Shown one piece after another: positions 19,677 through 29,752 of a DNA stretch of 64,000 nucleotides. The translations under genes and the position numbers were made by a program. The notes below the pieces were generated by a model. The model saw nothing but the letters and a program-made list of their open reading frames with translations. It was not told where the DNA came from and did no database searches. Position 1 is the first letter of the stretch, and each line of letters opens with the position of its first letter. The DNA comes from Lancefieldella parvula (GTDB lineage Bacteria; Actinomycetota; Coriobacteriia; Coriobacteriales; Atopobiaceae), in contig NZ_CAUUSI010000004.1 in NCBI RefSeq assembly GCF_963547875.1, forward strand, positions 18,635 through 82,634, read 5' to 3'.

Positions 19677-19982
19677 ATATTTGTTCAAATCGACCTCCGC
19701 GATTGGGGGCTTCCGATTAGTACGCATGTAGTGCCATCCGCTCATTACTGGCTTCAAGCGCAAGGTCAGATAACACTTGACCTCAAAAATACGCATAATC
19801 GCTTCTCTCCGCTCGTGCGAGGTTGTCAATTCTACTTGTTTTTGGCTCCAAATGCCAACTTTGCAGAAAACAAGGCACTTTTAAAGTAGTAAAGTCGTTA
19901 GGTAAAACCGTGAACGGTAGGAAAAGAAAGGGCGAACGGATTGCGTACAATAGGTTCGTAATCAGTCCCCAAGGAGGTTTTA

Positions 19983-20915
19983 GTGGAGTCGGCAATTTTG
20001 TGGGTTGAAGCGCTTAAATCAGCGTTATTTGGCGTGGTTGAAGGTATTACCGAGTGGCTACCTATCTCATCAACAGGCCATATGCTGCTGCTCAATCAGT
20101 TTTTACCACTCAATGTCTCTGAAGACTTTTGGAATATGTTCCTAGTAGTTATTCAGCTTGGCGCAATTCTTGCAGTATGTGTGGGATTTTTCCACAAGCT
20201 CAATCCCTTCTCGCCAAAGAAATCCAAAGACGAGAAGCGCTCTACCTGGAAACTCTGGGCAAAAGTGGTGGTCAGCTGCGTTCCTGCTGCGGCAATTGGC
20301 CTGCCGCTCAACGACTTCATTGAAGAGCATCTTGGAAGCCCTTTTGTTATTGCAGCAACTCTTATTTTCTACGGCATCATCTTCATTGTGCTTGAGCTAC
20401 ATCGCGAGAAGGTCGCTGCAGCAGTAAAGGTTGAGGTGCCCCGAGGCAAGCACATGAGCCCAGATGCTGCAGCATCCCTGAAGGCTCCTTCAGCCGACAA
20501 CCTGGCTCGCGTGCAAGACATTGACAATCTTGACTGGAAGACCGCACTTGGCATTGGTGTGTTCCAGGTACTTGCAATTGTTCCAGGCACTTCAAGATCA
20601 GGTGCAACTATCCTGGGCGGCTTGGCACTTGGTTGTTCAAGGGCTGTAGCTGCTGAGTTTACGTTCTTCCTGGCAATTCCTACTATGGCCGGCGCTTCTG
20701 CTTTGAGGCTTGTGCGCTACTTTATGAAGGGCAACACCTTCACTGCTCCCGAGGCAATTATTTTGGGTGTTGGTTGTTTAGTGGCGTTTATTGTGTCGCT
20801 TGTTATGGTTCGTGTGCTTATGGGTTATGTCCGCAAGCATGATTTTAAGCCTTTTGGTGTGTACCGTATTATTTTGGGTATTGCTGTTATTGCATACTTC
20901 CTGCTTGTTAAGTAG
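19983..20915 (+). CDS. uppP: Undecaprenyl-diphosphate phosphatase
   Basis: The motifs VEGITEWLPISSTGH and PGTSRSGATI are present. The GTG start follows an AAGGAGG RBS. Confidence 0.9.
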   Translation: MESAILWVEALKSALFGVVEGITEWLPISSTGHMLLLNQFLPLNVSEDFWNMFLVVIQLGAILAVCVGFFHKLNPFSPKKSKDEKRSTWKLWAKVVVSCVPAAAIGLPLNDFIEEHLGSPFVIAATLIFYGIIFIVLELHREKVAAAVKVEVPRGKHMSPDAAASLKAPSADNLARVQDIDNLDWKTALGIGVFQVLAIVPGTSRSGATILGGLALGCSRAVAAEFTFFLAIPTMAGASALRLVRYFMKGNTFTAPEAIILGVGCLVAFIVSLVMVRVLMGYVRKHDFKPFGVYRIILGIAVIAYFLLVK

Positions 20916-20950
20916 TTTTTGACTTACAAGCATTACTACCTATGCATTTA

Positions 20951-20980
20951 CGCGCGGTGAGTTTCTCGCCGCGCTTTTTT
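20951..20980 (+). terminator. Rho-independent terminator of uppP
   Basis: The hairpin CGCGCGGTGAG-tttc-TCGCCGCGC is followed by TTTTTT. Confidence 0.6.
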
Positions 20981-21137
20981 ATGCGCAAAACATATGGAAA
21001 AAGCGTGGAAAACCTATGAAAGATATATGTAATCTCTCTTGGCTCATTTACTAAGAATTGCCTTGTCCTCTATGCTCTTACGGCTGATTTTTGGTCGTAA
21101 GAGTAAGTAATTACTTGTAATAGTTTCAGGAGGATTT

Positions 21138-22640
21138 ATGCGCCACATTAAGACGCTTCAGAGAATTGCGTGCACGCTTGCGCTTGCGCTTGTTGCAGTT
21201 CTTGCAGTTTCTGCACCAAAACTTGCGTTTGCAGACAATATTGATACATCTACACCAGGTGTAAAGGTTTCTGTTTTCTCGGCTGACGGTAATGCCGATA
21301 CATCCAAGGTCCTTACAGACAACCCTCAGCATTCTGGCCACCAGACCCCTGTTCCTGGTCAGTATGGCGAGATTGTCGTTCGCGTTGGTCAGACCATTAG
21401 AGACACCGGTGCGTATTCTCACTACACCACTACTCGCCCTGGTTTTGCACCTTTTGGCGTAACTACTACGCTGGTTACCGCCGCTCCTTATCCAGAGCTT
21501 CCAGCTACTGATAATGACTTTACATATGCATTCTATGGAAACAGCAATACTGTTACCAATAATGGTGGTCAGTTCTATTTTCAGTTCACTGGCCGTCAAG
21601 TAACCCCTGCTAACCAGCCTGCTACCGTTTTCTTCCTTGTTACTATGCAGGGAGATTCCTCTGATCCAGCTAACGTTGGCGGTAACACCACTCACCTTAT
21701 GTGGGTTGGCTATCACATCCGCGTTATTCCTGCAGAGACCACCCCAACTCCCACACCTACTCCAACGCCATCTGCAGTAAACCAGCTTATTTATGACGCA
21801 AATGGCGGCACCATCTACGGCAACGCAACCTATACAGAGTCCAAGACTCCAAATAACCCTCGTACCTACGGCTTTGCTGAGTACAACATCATTGAGGATG
21901 TGCCAGTTCGCGATGGTTATAAGTTTGAGTTCTGGAAGCGTTCTTACGTTGATAACCACTTCCGCTACGTTGGTGCATCTGCTGTTCCTGCAGATGCAAA
22001 CAACAACCCAGCTGGCGATAAGCGCTATGTTTCTGAGACTACAGTCTTTAATATGAGAAGCCCTTATACCCTGACTGCCGTTTGGAACCAGGAGTATGAG
22101 CTGAGCTACGACGCAAACGGTGGTACTGGTGCTCCTGCAGCACAGAGCGGTTATTTTGGTATTGATAGCAACACCGCTGATTCGCTCACTGATCCTAAGA
22201 ACGAGCCTGTCTCTGCTGCCGTCCCAACTCGTGATGGCTACATCTTCAAGGGCTGGAAGCTTGACGGTACTACCTACCAGGCAGGAGACCAGGTAACCCT
22301 TACTACCACCACTCCTAAAGTTGTTCTTGTTGCAGAGTGGGAACCAGAGCCAGTTGCTCCTGTAACTCCAGAAAACCCTGCTACTCCAGAAAATCCAGGA
22401 ACTTCAGAAAACCCTAGCACCCCAAGCACTCCAGGTAACCCTGGCGGTCCTTTGACACCAAGCTTCCCAGGAGCTCCAAATCCTGCAGCTATCCCGTATT
22501 ATGGAGGCTCTGTGCTTCCATACACTGGTGATGAGAATCACTCGCTTAGCGCTATTGTTATGGCATGTGTTGCAGGTGGCGTGATTGCACTGGCTGTTGT
22601 TGCTCGCGCAAAGAGCCGTCAGACAAACTCCATGAACTAA
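21138..22640 (+). CDS. Cell-wall-anchored surface protein with Listeria-Bacteroides-type (Flg_new) repeats and an LPYTG sorting signal
   Basis: A signal peptide (..APKLAFA) is present. Repeat motifs are YDANGGT...DGYKFEFW and YDANGGTGAP...RDGYIFKGWKLDG. The C-terminus has LPYTGD, a hydrophobic segment and a basic RAKSRQ tail. Confidence 0.8.
   Translation: MRHIKTLQRIACTLALALVAVLAVSAPKLAFADNIDTSTPGVKVSVFSADGNADTSKVLTDNPQHSGHQTPVPGQYGEIVVRVGQTIRDTGAYSHYTTTRPGFAPFGVTTTLVTAAPYPELPATDNDFTYAFYGNSNTVTNNGGQFYFQFTGRQVTPANQPATVFFLVTMQGDSSDPANVGGNTTHLMWVGYHIRVIPAETTPTPTPTPTPSAVNQLIYDANGGTIYGNATYTESKTPNNPRTYGFAEYNIIEDVPVRDGYKFEFWKRSYVDNHFRYVGASAVPADANNNPAGDKRYVSETTVFNMRSPYTLTAVWNQEYELSYDANGGTGAPAAQSGYFGIDSNTADSLTDPKNEPVSAAVPTRDGYIFKGWKLDGTTYQAGDQVTLTTTTPKVVLVAEWEPEPVAPVTPENPATPENPGTSENPSTPSTPGNPGGPLTPSFPGAPNPAAIPYYGGSVLPYTGDENHSLSAIVMACVAGGVIALAVVARAKSRQTNSMN
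22341..22490 (+). repeat. Pro-rich degenerate tandem repeats (TPENP-type) forming the stalk of the surface protein
   Basis: The translated sequence is EPEPVAPVTPENPATPENPGTSENPSTPSTPGNPGGP. A second (TP)n run lies at ~21738-21772. Confidence 0.7.
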
Positions 22641-22711
22641 GGCAAGCGTTTGGGCTAGAAGATCTTCTCGCTATACGTGAGCATGGATCCGATAGACATG
22701 TTCTTGCAGAT

Positions 22712-22742
22712 AAACCGGTCTTCTTTTGAGGGCCGGTTTTTT
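22712..22742 (+). terminator. Rho-independent terminator
   Basis: AAACCGGTC-ttcttttgagg-GCCGGTTTTTT. Confidence 0.55.
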
Positions 22743-22832
22743 AATTGTGGAGTGAGGGCAAAGTGGCGCAATTAATGTCCGGTTATCGGGGTACACTTTT
22801 AGTCTAAGAATGATTGACACAAGGACGGCGTA

Positions 22833-25271
22833 ATGCAGATTGATCTTGAAGGTTTGAATCCTGCCCAGCATCAGGCAGTTATGACTACTCAGGGACCGCT
22901 GTTGGTTCTTGCAGGAGCTGGCTCGGGCAAGACGCGTGTTTTGACGTTTAGAATTGCACACATGATTGCTGACGAGGGAGTTCGTCCTTGGCAGATTCTG
23001 GCTATCACGTTTACCAACAAGGCTGCAGCGGAGATGCGTGAGCGCCTTGAGGCGCTGCTTCCTAACAATATTCGCGGCATGTGGGTCTGCACGTTCCACG
23101 CTATGTGTGTTCGCCTGCTCAGAGAAGATGGCGAGCGTCTTGGTTATGGCTCCAATTTTGCCATCTATGATGATGACGATTCAAAGCGCCTGATAAAGAC
23201 CATTCTGTCTGATCTGGATATTGATGTTCGTCAGTTCCCACTCAACTCCATCCGCTCTAAGATTTCTGCTGCTAAGAACGCACTTCTGTATCCTGATGAT
23301 GTAGAGGTGCAGGCAGCAAGTCCTATGGATCACGTGGTGGCTCGTGTGTATCGTGCGCTCCAGACGCGCTTAGATAAAGCTAACGCTATGGATTTTGACG
23401 ACCTTCTGGTCAAGGCGTTTGAGCTGCTCTCCAAGTACCCAGACGTGCTTGCTAAGTACCAGGAGCGTTTCCGTTATATCAACGTTGACGAGTATCAGGA
23501 TACCAACGGCGTTCAGTATGCAATTACCAAGCTTTTGGCATCCAAGTATCGCAATCTTATGGTTGTTGGCGATGATGACCAGTCCATTTATTCGTGGCGC
23601 GGAGCAGACATCAAAAACATCTTGGCGTTCGAGAAAGACTATGAGGAAGCAGTTGTAGTTAAGCTAGAGCAAAACTACCGCTCAACTGGTCATATTTTGG
23701 CCGCTGCCAATGCAGTTGTTGCGCACAACTCTCACCGCAAGCCAAAGCGTCTTTTTACCGATGAGGGAGACGGCGAGAAAATCCAGGTGTATCAGGCATC
23801 TGATGAGCGTGATGAGGGTGCGTGGATTGGCTCCGAGATAGAAAAACTGCACGATAAGGGTACATCATACGACAACATAGCAGTGTTCTATCGCACCAAC
23901 GCTCAGTCTCGTATTCTCGAAGATATGTTGCTCAGAGCTGGTGTTCCTTACAAGATTGTTGGCGGTACTCGATTCTTTGATCGCGCAGAAATCAGAGATG
24001 TCATGGCGTACCTCAAAGTTGTCGTCAACCCCGATGATGACATGGCTGCGCTGCGCGTTATTAACACGCCTCGTCGCGGTATTGGCGCAACCAGTATTCA
24101 GAAGATTCAGACATACGCACTGCATAACGGCTTGTCGTTCTTCTCGGCATGTGAAGCATGCGTGATGGAAGAAGGCATTTTTACCGCAAAGGTAAGAAAT
24201 GCGCTGGTAGAGTTTACGTCAGCTATTGAGCATGGCCGCCATATTGATGGTGAGCTTGATGAGGTTGTAGAGGCAATTATTGACCGCTCAGGTCTTATTC
24301 GTGCGCTTGAGACGGAGCATACCATTGAGGCTGACGGACGTATCGAGAACATTCGAGAATTCTTTGGTGTTGCAGCAGAGTTTGATGAGTCTCACGACGA
24401 TGTTGAAGAAACGCTTGAGAGCCTGCAGCAGCTCAGAGAAGCTGGAGCGCTTGATGCGCAAGATGCAGCTTCGCTAAGTGAGGCTGGTTTTGATGTTGCT
24501 ACCGGCGCACTCGCTGGTGCTGCTGTAGAGACGGCTCCTGCGCCTCAGGAGGAGAGCTTGCATCCGCAAGTTGCGGCAGAGAAGCTTCCTGCGTTTATGG
24601 AATGGCTGGCGCTTCGCTCTGACCTGGATAGCTTGGATGGTTCTACCTCTGCAGTAACGCTCATGACCATTCACGCTGCAAAGGGTCTGGAATTTCCTGC
24701 AGTTTTTGTTGCTGGTATGGAGGAGGGAATCTTCCCTCATGCAAATTATGAGGCAGAAGCAGCTCAGTTAGAAGAAGAGCGCAGACTTGCCTATGTTGCT
24801 ATTACGCGTGCGCGCAAGCGTCTGTATTTGACGTACGCATCTACCAGAAGGACTTACGGCTCTGTTCAGGCAAATCCTGTATCGCGTTTTGTAGGAGAGA
24901 TTCCTCAAGAGCACGTAAAAGCTATTGGTGTTGGTTCTGCAGGTTTTTCTGGAGTTGGTTGGGCAAAGCGAGGAGACCGTCATGGAACCTTTGGCTCCGG
25001 TCGTGGCTCCGAGGTCTACGGTGGAAACGTTTTTGGTTCTCGCACGCGCTCTACCGGCGGTGCTCCAGCTCCACATACAGCTCCTATTCAGAAAGATCCA
25101 GCCCGCGCTTCTGCAAGTTTTGCTGTGGGAGACCAGGTTTCTCACAAGACCTTTGGCCCAGGCATTGTTTTGGCAGTTCAGGGCGATACTATTGAGGTTA
25201 AGTTTACGCGTACTAATAAGACAAAGAAGCTCATGAAGGGCTTTGCTCCAATAGTTAAAATTGAGGGATAG
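22833..25271 (+). CDS. pcrA: ATP-dependent DNA helicase PcrA/UvrD family
   Basis: Helicase superfamily 1 motifs are present: AGAGSGKTRVL, VDEYQDTN, YRS and TIHAAKGLEF. Confidence 0.92.
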   Translation: MQIDLEGLNPAQHQAVMTTQGPLLVLAGAGSGKTRVLTFRIAHMIADEGVRPWQILAITFTNKAAAEMRERLEALLPNNIRGMWVCTFHAMCVRLLREDGERLGYGSNFAIYDDDDSKRLIKTILSDLDIDVRQFPLNSIRSKISAAKNALLYPDDVEVQAASPMDHVVARVYRALQTRLDKANAMDFDDLLVKAFELLSKYPDVLAKYQERFRYINVDEYQDTNGVQYAITKLLASKYRNLMVVGDDDQSIYSWRGADIKNILAFEKDYEEAVVVKLEQNYRSTGHILAAANAVVAHNSHRKPKRLFTDEGDGEKIQVYQASDERDEGAWIGSEIEKLHDKGTSYDNIAVFYRTNAQSRILEDMLLRAGVPYKIVGGTRFFDRAEIRDVMAYLKVVVNPDDDMAALRVINTPRRGIGATSIQKIQTYALHNGLSFFSACEACVMEEGIFTAKVRNALVEFTSAIEHGRHIDGELDEVVEAIIDRSGLIRALETEHTIEADGRIENIREFFGVAAEFDESHDDVEETLESLQQLREAGALDAQDAASLSEAGFDVATGALAGAAVETAPAPQEESLHPQVAAEKLPAFMEWLALRSDLDSLDGSTSAVTLMTIHAAKGLEFPAVFVAGMEEGIFPHANYEAEAAQLEEERRLAYVAITRARKRLYLTYASTRRTYGSVQANPVSRFVGEIPQEHVKAIGVGSAGFSGVGWAKRGDRHGTFGSGRGSEVYGGNVFGSRTRSTGGAPAPHTAPIQKDPARASASFAVGDQVSHKTFGPGIVLAVQGDTIEVKFTRTNKTKKLMKGFAPIVKIEG

Positions 25272-25273
25272 CC

Positions 25274-26056
25274 ATGGTATTGATGCATGACGGTTTGATT
25301 TTGGGTCTTACTCCACAAGATTTCATTTTTAAGCTGGTTATCTTTGTTGTTGTGTTCCTTGTGGCTTTTCTTGTAGAGCGCTTTGCAATAAAGCTCTCAA
25401 AAAAGGCCTTGGACTCTTCAAAGCTGCCGTCAGCATCTATTTTTGTCAACATACTACGTGGAGTTATCTGGACGTTTGCTATTCTTGCTGTCTTACAGCC
25501 TGTCTTTGGTATTCAACCAACAGCTTTTGTGACCGCTTTGGGAGTTACGTCCATTGCCTTGTCTTTTGGCCTGCAGGACACCATTTCTAACCTGGCGGGA
25601 GGCTTGGGCCTTATGCTGGGAGGTGTAGTTAAACCTGGAGATCAGGTAAGCATCGGAACTATCTCCGGTGAGGTTATTGACATGAATTGGCGCTCTACCA
25701 TAGTTCGTGCTCGTGGAGGTAGGGTAGACATCATTCCTAATTCAGTACTTAATAAAACAGCACTTGCGCATCGTACCAGGTGGGATATGACAGAGGTACC
25801 CATTACTATAGTGCTTAAACCAACCGTTGATCTGAATGCGGTAACGCAAGAAATAACAGAAATTGTTCAAGAGGTAGTTGCACCTCAGCTTGATAGAACA
25901 CTTCCTATTGAGGTTGAAGCATCAAGCATTGCTGAGACAGGCATCAAGGTAATCATTCATGTTCACATCAAAGACGACGCAAACGAAATGAGTGTACGAG
26001 ACAAAATTGTAAGAGCCCTGGCTGGTTCTAGTTGGCTTGCAGGAGTAGGAGCTTAA
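25274..26056 (+). CDS. Small-conductance mechanosensitive channel (MscS family)
   Basis: Three TM segments are followed by GLQDTISNLAGGLGLMLGGVVKPGDQV and a beta-domain. The start lies 2 nt after the pcrA stop. Confidence 0.8.
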   Translation: MVLMHDGLILGLTPQDFIFKLVIFVVVFLVAFLVERFAIKLSKKALDSSKLPSASIFVNILRGVIWTFAILAVLQPVFGIQPTAFVTALGVTSIALSFGLQDTISNLAGGLGLMLGGVVKPGDQVSIGTISGEVIDMNWRSTIVRARGGRVDIIPNSVLNKTALAHRTRWDMTEVPITIVLKPTVDLNAVTQEITEIVQEVVAPQLDRTLPIEVEASSIAETGIKVIIHVHIKDDANEMSVRDKIVRALAGSSWLAGVGA

Positions 26057-26057
26057 T

Positions 26058-26756
26058 ATGAAGATTGGCATCATTGGAGCCATGGAGCCAGAGGTTGCGC
26101 TACTAAAAGCGCAGATGACCGTTGAGCGCACGTATGATCAGGCCCGTATGCAATTTGTTGAAGGCCTTTTGGGAGAAGTTCCTGTAGTTGTTGTACAGTC
26201 GGGAATTGGCAAGGTCAATGCTGCAGCATGCACGCAGATCCTGATTGATACGTTCGCAGTAACACATGTTATTAATACAGGTATTGCAGGGCTTTTAAAC
26301 CCTGAGCTACAGGTTGGGGATATTGTTATCTCCTCAGATTTAGTTCAACACGATATGAACGTTGGTCCTCTCAATTTTGCCGCTGGTCAAATTCCAGGTC
26401 TTCCGGTTTTCTCGTTTACAGCAGATGAGAGTCTTATTGAGCGCGCACTTGTATCAGCCAAAGAAGTAGCTCCTCAACTGCAGGTTATTTCTGGCCGCGT
26501 TGCTTCAGGAGATCAGTTTGTAAGTTCATCAGAGTTAGCAGACCACATCTACACAACGTTTGGTGCTGACTGTTGCGAGATGGAGGGCGCCTCAATTGCT
26601 CAGGTTGCTTGGCTTAACCACGCACCGTTTGTGGTGATTAGGCTTATGTCCGATAAGCCCGGCACTACTTCAAGCGTTGATTATTTGACGTTTGAGCGTG
26701 AGGCTTCTGAGCGCTCTGCCAGAATTACGGCAGCTATTATCAAAAAGCTTGCCTAG
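26058..26756 (+). CDS. mtnN: 5'-methylthioadenosine/S-adenosylhomocysteine nucleosidase
   Basis: The motifs MKIGIIGAMEPEV, INTGIAGLL, EMEGASIAQV and RLMSD are present. Confidence 0.9.
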   Translation: MKIGIIGAMEPEVALLKAQMTVERTYDQARMQFVEGLLGEVPVVVVQSGIGKVNAAACTQILIDTFAVTHVINTGIAGLLNPELQVGDIVISSDLVQHDMNVGPLNFAAGQIPGLPVFSFTADESLIERALVSAKEVAPQLQVISGRVASGDQFVSSSELADHIYTTFGADCCEMEGASIAQVAWLNHAPFVVIRLMSDKPGTTSSVDYLTFEREASERSARITAAIIKKLA

Positions 26757-26956
26757 TAACCTGAGGTGTCTTTTTGAGGCAACTCTTCTGGGCTAACTGG
26801 GTAGCTCTTCCGGGTCAGTTTGCATTTTTCATAAGAGGGAAGGCAGGGCGTAAGAAACAACTTGCGCTGATTTAGCTATTCGAATGTTTTTAAACATAAT
26901 TGAACAATATTTCGATTATCATTGTCCCGTTATGAAAGTGGTTTGAAAGGTACCGA

Positions 26957-28006
26957 ATGATAACCCTCGGACACTTTTTTGAGATGATGGTTGCCAATCC
27001 GTTTTTGGCCCTCGTCATTGTCCTTGTTTTTGGATGCATTTTTGTAAATGGTGCAACCGACGCGGCTAATGCTATTGCAGAGGCTGTTGGAACTCGTTCA
27101 ATTAAAGTTAACCATGCAATTATCATGAGTGTTGTATGCAACTTTGTTGGTTTGGTGGCTATGTGCCTCATTTCAACTGCAGTTGCAGACACAATTCTGG
27201 GTATGGTTGACTTTGGTAGCAATAACCATGAGGCTCTTGTTGCTCTTGCCGCAGGCTGTGTTGGTATTGTTACTTGGGCAGTAGGAGCTTGGGCTTTAGG
27301 TATTCCAACTTCTGAGTCACACGCCCTTATTGCAGGTCTCACCGGTGCAGCACTTGCTATTCATGGTGATTTTGGCGCAGTTAACTGGGGCGAGTGGAGC
27401 AAGGTTTTAATTGGTCTGCTCTTCTCAACCACATTAGGTTTTGCCGCTGGTTGGATCATTGTTAAAGCAATTAACAAGCTTTGCGTAAACGTTGATCGAC
27501 AGCGCGCTGATGAGATGTTTGGCCATTTGCAGGTTGTTGGCTCAGCATTTGTTGCGGCTATGCATGGTGCACAAGATGGCCAGAAGTTCATGTCCATTGC
27601 CATGCTTGCAATTGCACTTTCCGCAGGTCATGGAGCTGCTGGTGCAGATGTATTCCCGCTTTGGTTGCAGGTACTGTGTGCTGCTCTTATGTCTATCGGT
27701 ACCGCAATCGGCGGAAGAAAGATTATTAAAAAAGTCGGAATGGAAATGGTAAAGCTTGAGCGTTATCAGGGCTTTGCTGCGTCCTTCTCGGCATCTGCAT
27801 CTTTGCTGCTTTCCACACTGACCGGTCTTCCTGTTTCAACAACTCATACAAAAATGACGGCCATGATGGGTGCGGGTGCTGCAAAAAATATTCGTTCAGT
27901 TAACTGGGGCGTTGCAAAAGAAATGGTTGCAGCATGGGTGTTTACTTTCCCTGGCTGCGGACTTATTGGTTTTCTTTTTGCAAAACTGTTCCTGATGATT
28001 TTCTAA
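26957..28006 (+). CDS. Inorganic phosphate transporter, PiT (PHO4) family
   Basis: The PiT signatures NGATDAANAIAEAVGTRS and GLPVSTTHT are present in a polytopic protein. Confidence 0.9.
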   Translation: MITLGHFFEMMVANPFLALVIVLVFGCIFVNGATDAANAIAEAVGTRSIKVNHAIIMSVVCNFVGLVAMCLISTAVADTILGMVDFGSNNHEALVALAAGCVGIVTWAVGAWALGIPTSESHALIAGLTGAALAIHGDFGAVNWGEWSKVLIGLLFSTTLGFAAGWIIVKAINKLCVNVDRQRADEMFGHLQVVGSAFVAAMHGAQDGQKFMSIAMLAIALSAGHGAAGADVFPLWLQVLCAALMSIGTAIGGRKIIKKVGMEMVKLERYQGFAASFSASASLLLSTLTGLPVSTTHTKMTAMMGAGAAKNIRSVNWGVAKEMVAAWVFTFPGCGLIGFLFAKLFLMIF

Positions 28007-28064
28007 GTACGTATAACTGTCTTTTACGAGTTCTATTGAACCGCTCAACTTTATTGGAGGATTC

Positions 28065-28685
28065 ATGCTAGGTAAGCCAAAAGAGGACGTCTTCTACACT
28101 ATGTTCCGCGAGTTTGGCGACAAAATTGTAGAAACCGCTGAAGAGTATGTGGTCATTATGGAAGGCTTTCCCGAGACTGCCGCGCGTATTCCTCAGATGA
28201 AGGTTTACGAGCGTGAGTGTGACGAGAAGGTCCAGCACATTATGAAGGAGCTTTACGCTTCCTTTGTCACTCCCTTTGAGCGTGAGGACATCTCTGACTT
28301 GGCGCTTCGTCTTGATGACATTGTTGACGGAATGAATTCTGTTGCGGAGCGCCTTGATCTCTTTAACGTTGACGACACTCGTAAAGAAGCTATGCAGCTT
28401 GCTGAGCTTACCCTTCGCGCATGCAAGACAGTCCAGGAGATGCTGAGTGTTCTGAGTGACTACAAGAAAGATCCTACCGTTATGGAGAAGGCCATTGCAG
28501 TAGGACATGTTGAGGACGAGGGAGACCTTATTTACCACAACGCACTCTCTCGCTTGTTCCGTGATGAGATGCCTGGTCGCCACACCGTTGCTTGGCTTCG
28601 TATTTTTGACCGCATGGAGACTGTTCTGGATTACTGTGACGACGCGGCGGGAGTTGTTCGCTCCGTTGTTATGAAGAACGCTTAA
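28065..28685 (+). CDS. DUF47/PhoU-like phosphate-transport accessory protein
   Basis: The start FYTMFREFGDKIVETAEEY, the length (~205 aa), the helical character and the adjacency to Pit are all typical of this family. Confidence 0.8.
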   Translation: MLGKPKEDVFYTMFREFGDKIVETAEEYVVIMEGFPETAARIPQMKVYERECDEKVQHIMKELYASFVTPFEREDISDLALRLDDIVDGMNSVAERLDLFNVDDTRKEAMQLAELTLRACKTVQEMLSVLSDYKKDPTVMEKAIAVGHVEDEGDLIYHNALSRLFRDEMPGRHTVAWLRIFDRMETVLDYCDDAAGVVRSVVMKNA

Positions 28686-28716
28686 GTTCGTTTTCTGCTA
28701 ACGGTATATACAGACT

Positions 28717-28746
28717 AAAAACTGCCTTCCGCCGGGAGGCAGTTTT
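28717..28746 (+). terminator. Rho-independent terminator
   Basis: AAAAACTGCCT-tccgccggg-AGGCAGTTTTT. Confidence 0.6.
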
Positions 28747-28808
28747 TATATTCTCTTTTTGTCCGGTATTGGGGTTAAACTGTTTATATAAAAGAAAGTG
28801 GAGGTGCT

Positions 28809-29504
28809 ATGAGCGGCTTCAAGCGTTTTTGCTACATACTCTATGTTCTTGCAAGTGCATTTGTATTTTTAGCTCTTGCTTTAACGTGGTTTGGTCCTTG
28901 GACACATCAGGCAACTAATCTCTTGTTTACCAAGCCCTACCTTATTGCTCTTAACGCCTGTGCAGCTATCAGCATCTTTGGCCTTGTAGTGGTGTTGTTT
29001 AGAGCTCTATTCATTAGAAAGACAGTAAAGCTCACGGTTGCAACAGTTGAGGGCGGAACAATCTCCGTCACTAAAGACGCTATTTCTTCTCAGGCAGCCC
29101 ATATTATTGAAGATGATGGAACTTGCCTTGCACACCGTGTTAACGTGCAGATTTCTGAGAATAATTCTGTAGCTGTACAGATTGATATTCTCCCCAAAGA
29201 GCCTGTTGATGTCACTGCAAAGGGCTCTGAGTTCTATAACGCTCTTCAGTCTGGTCTTGCTATCGTGTGCGGACCTTGTGTTTCTAGCATCAATCTTTCT
29301 TTTATCAAGCCAAGTTCCTTCTCGCCAAAAGATGAAGAAGGTGCGTCTTCGCTTCAGTCAAAAGAGGTTGTGCCAGAACCAGAGATTGTAGAAGAGCAAT
29401 CTTACGAGCAACCTTCTACTCAAGCCGCTGCTCAGCAGACTGGTAAAGACATTCGATTGAGTATTTCAGAGCCAGATGCAAAGGAGGTCACAGACAATGG
29501 ATAA
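28809..29504 (+). CDS. AmaP-like membrane anchor protein of the Asp23 locus
   Basis: Two N-terminal TM segments are followed by an Asp23-like beta-rich region and an acidic tail. It is the first gene of an amaP-DUF2273-asp23 arrangement. Confidence 0.55.
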   Translation: MSGFKRFCYILYVLASAFVFLALALTWFGPWTHQATNLLFTKPYLIALNACAAISIFGLVVVLFRALFIRKTVKLTVATVEGGTISVTKDAISSQAAHIIEDDGTCLAHRVNVQISENNSVAVQIDILPKEPVDVTAKGSEFYNALQSGLAIVCGPCVSSINLSFIKPSSFSPKDEEGASSLQSKEVVPEPEIVEEQSYEQPSTQAAAQQTGKDIRLSISEPDAKEVTDNG

Positions 29505-29739
29505 AAGCTTCTTTCAGAAGATGCAGGAGAAGTGCAAGAAATACGTCGTTGACCATCCAGGTGCCATTATTGGCGGATTTTTGGGTCTTTTGTTTGCAAT
29601 TTTTTTGTTTACGTTTGGCCTTTTTAAAATGCTAGTTGTTGCATTGTTTGTACTGGTAGGAGTTGCCATCGGTCAGATTTTTGACGGAAAGGCAACCATT
29701 TTGGCAAAGATTCGTTCCTTATTTACGGACAGAAACTAG
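29497..29739 (+). CDS. Small integral membrane protein (DUF2273-like)
   Basis: The two-TM core is GAIIGGFLGLLFAIFLF...LVGVAIGQ. The ATG follows AAGGAGG and overlaps the upstream stop (ATGGATAA). Confidence 0.6.
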   Translation: MDKSFFQKMQEKCKKYVVDHPGAIIGGFLGLLFAIFLFTFGLFKMLVVALFVLVGVAIGQIFDGKATILAKIRSLFTDRN

Positions 29740-29752
29740 ATAGGAGAGAGCT

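Noticed and set aside
21126-21959. 277-aa minus-strand ORF
   Set aside because: It is antisense to the well-supported LPYTG surface-protein gene. Its Cys/Arg-rich composition is odd and it has no RBS.
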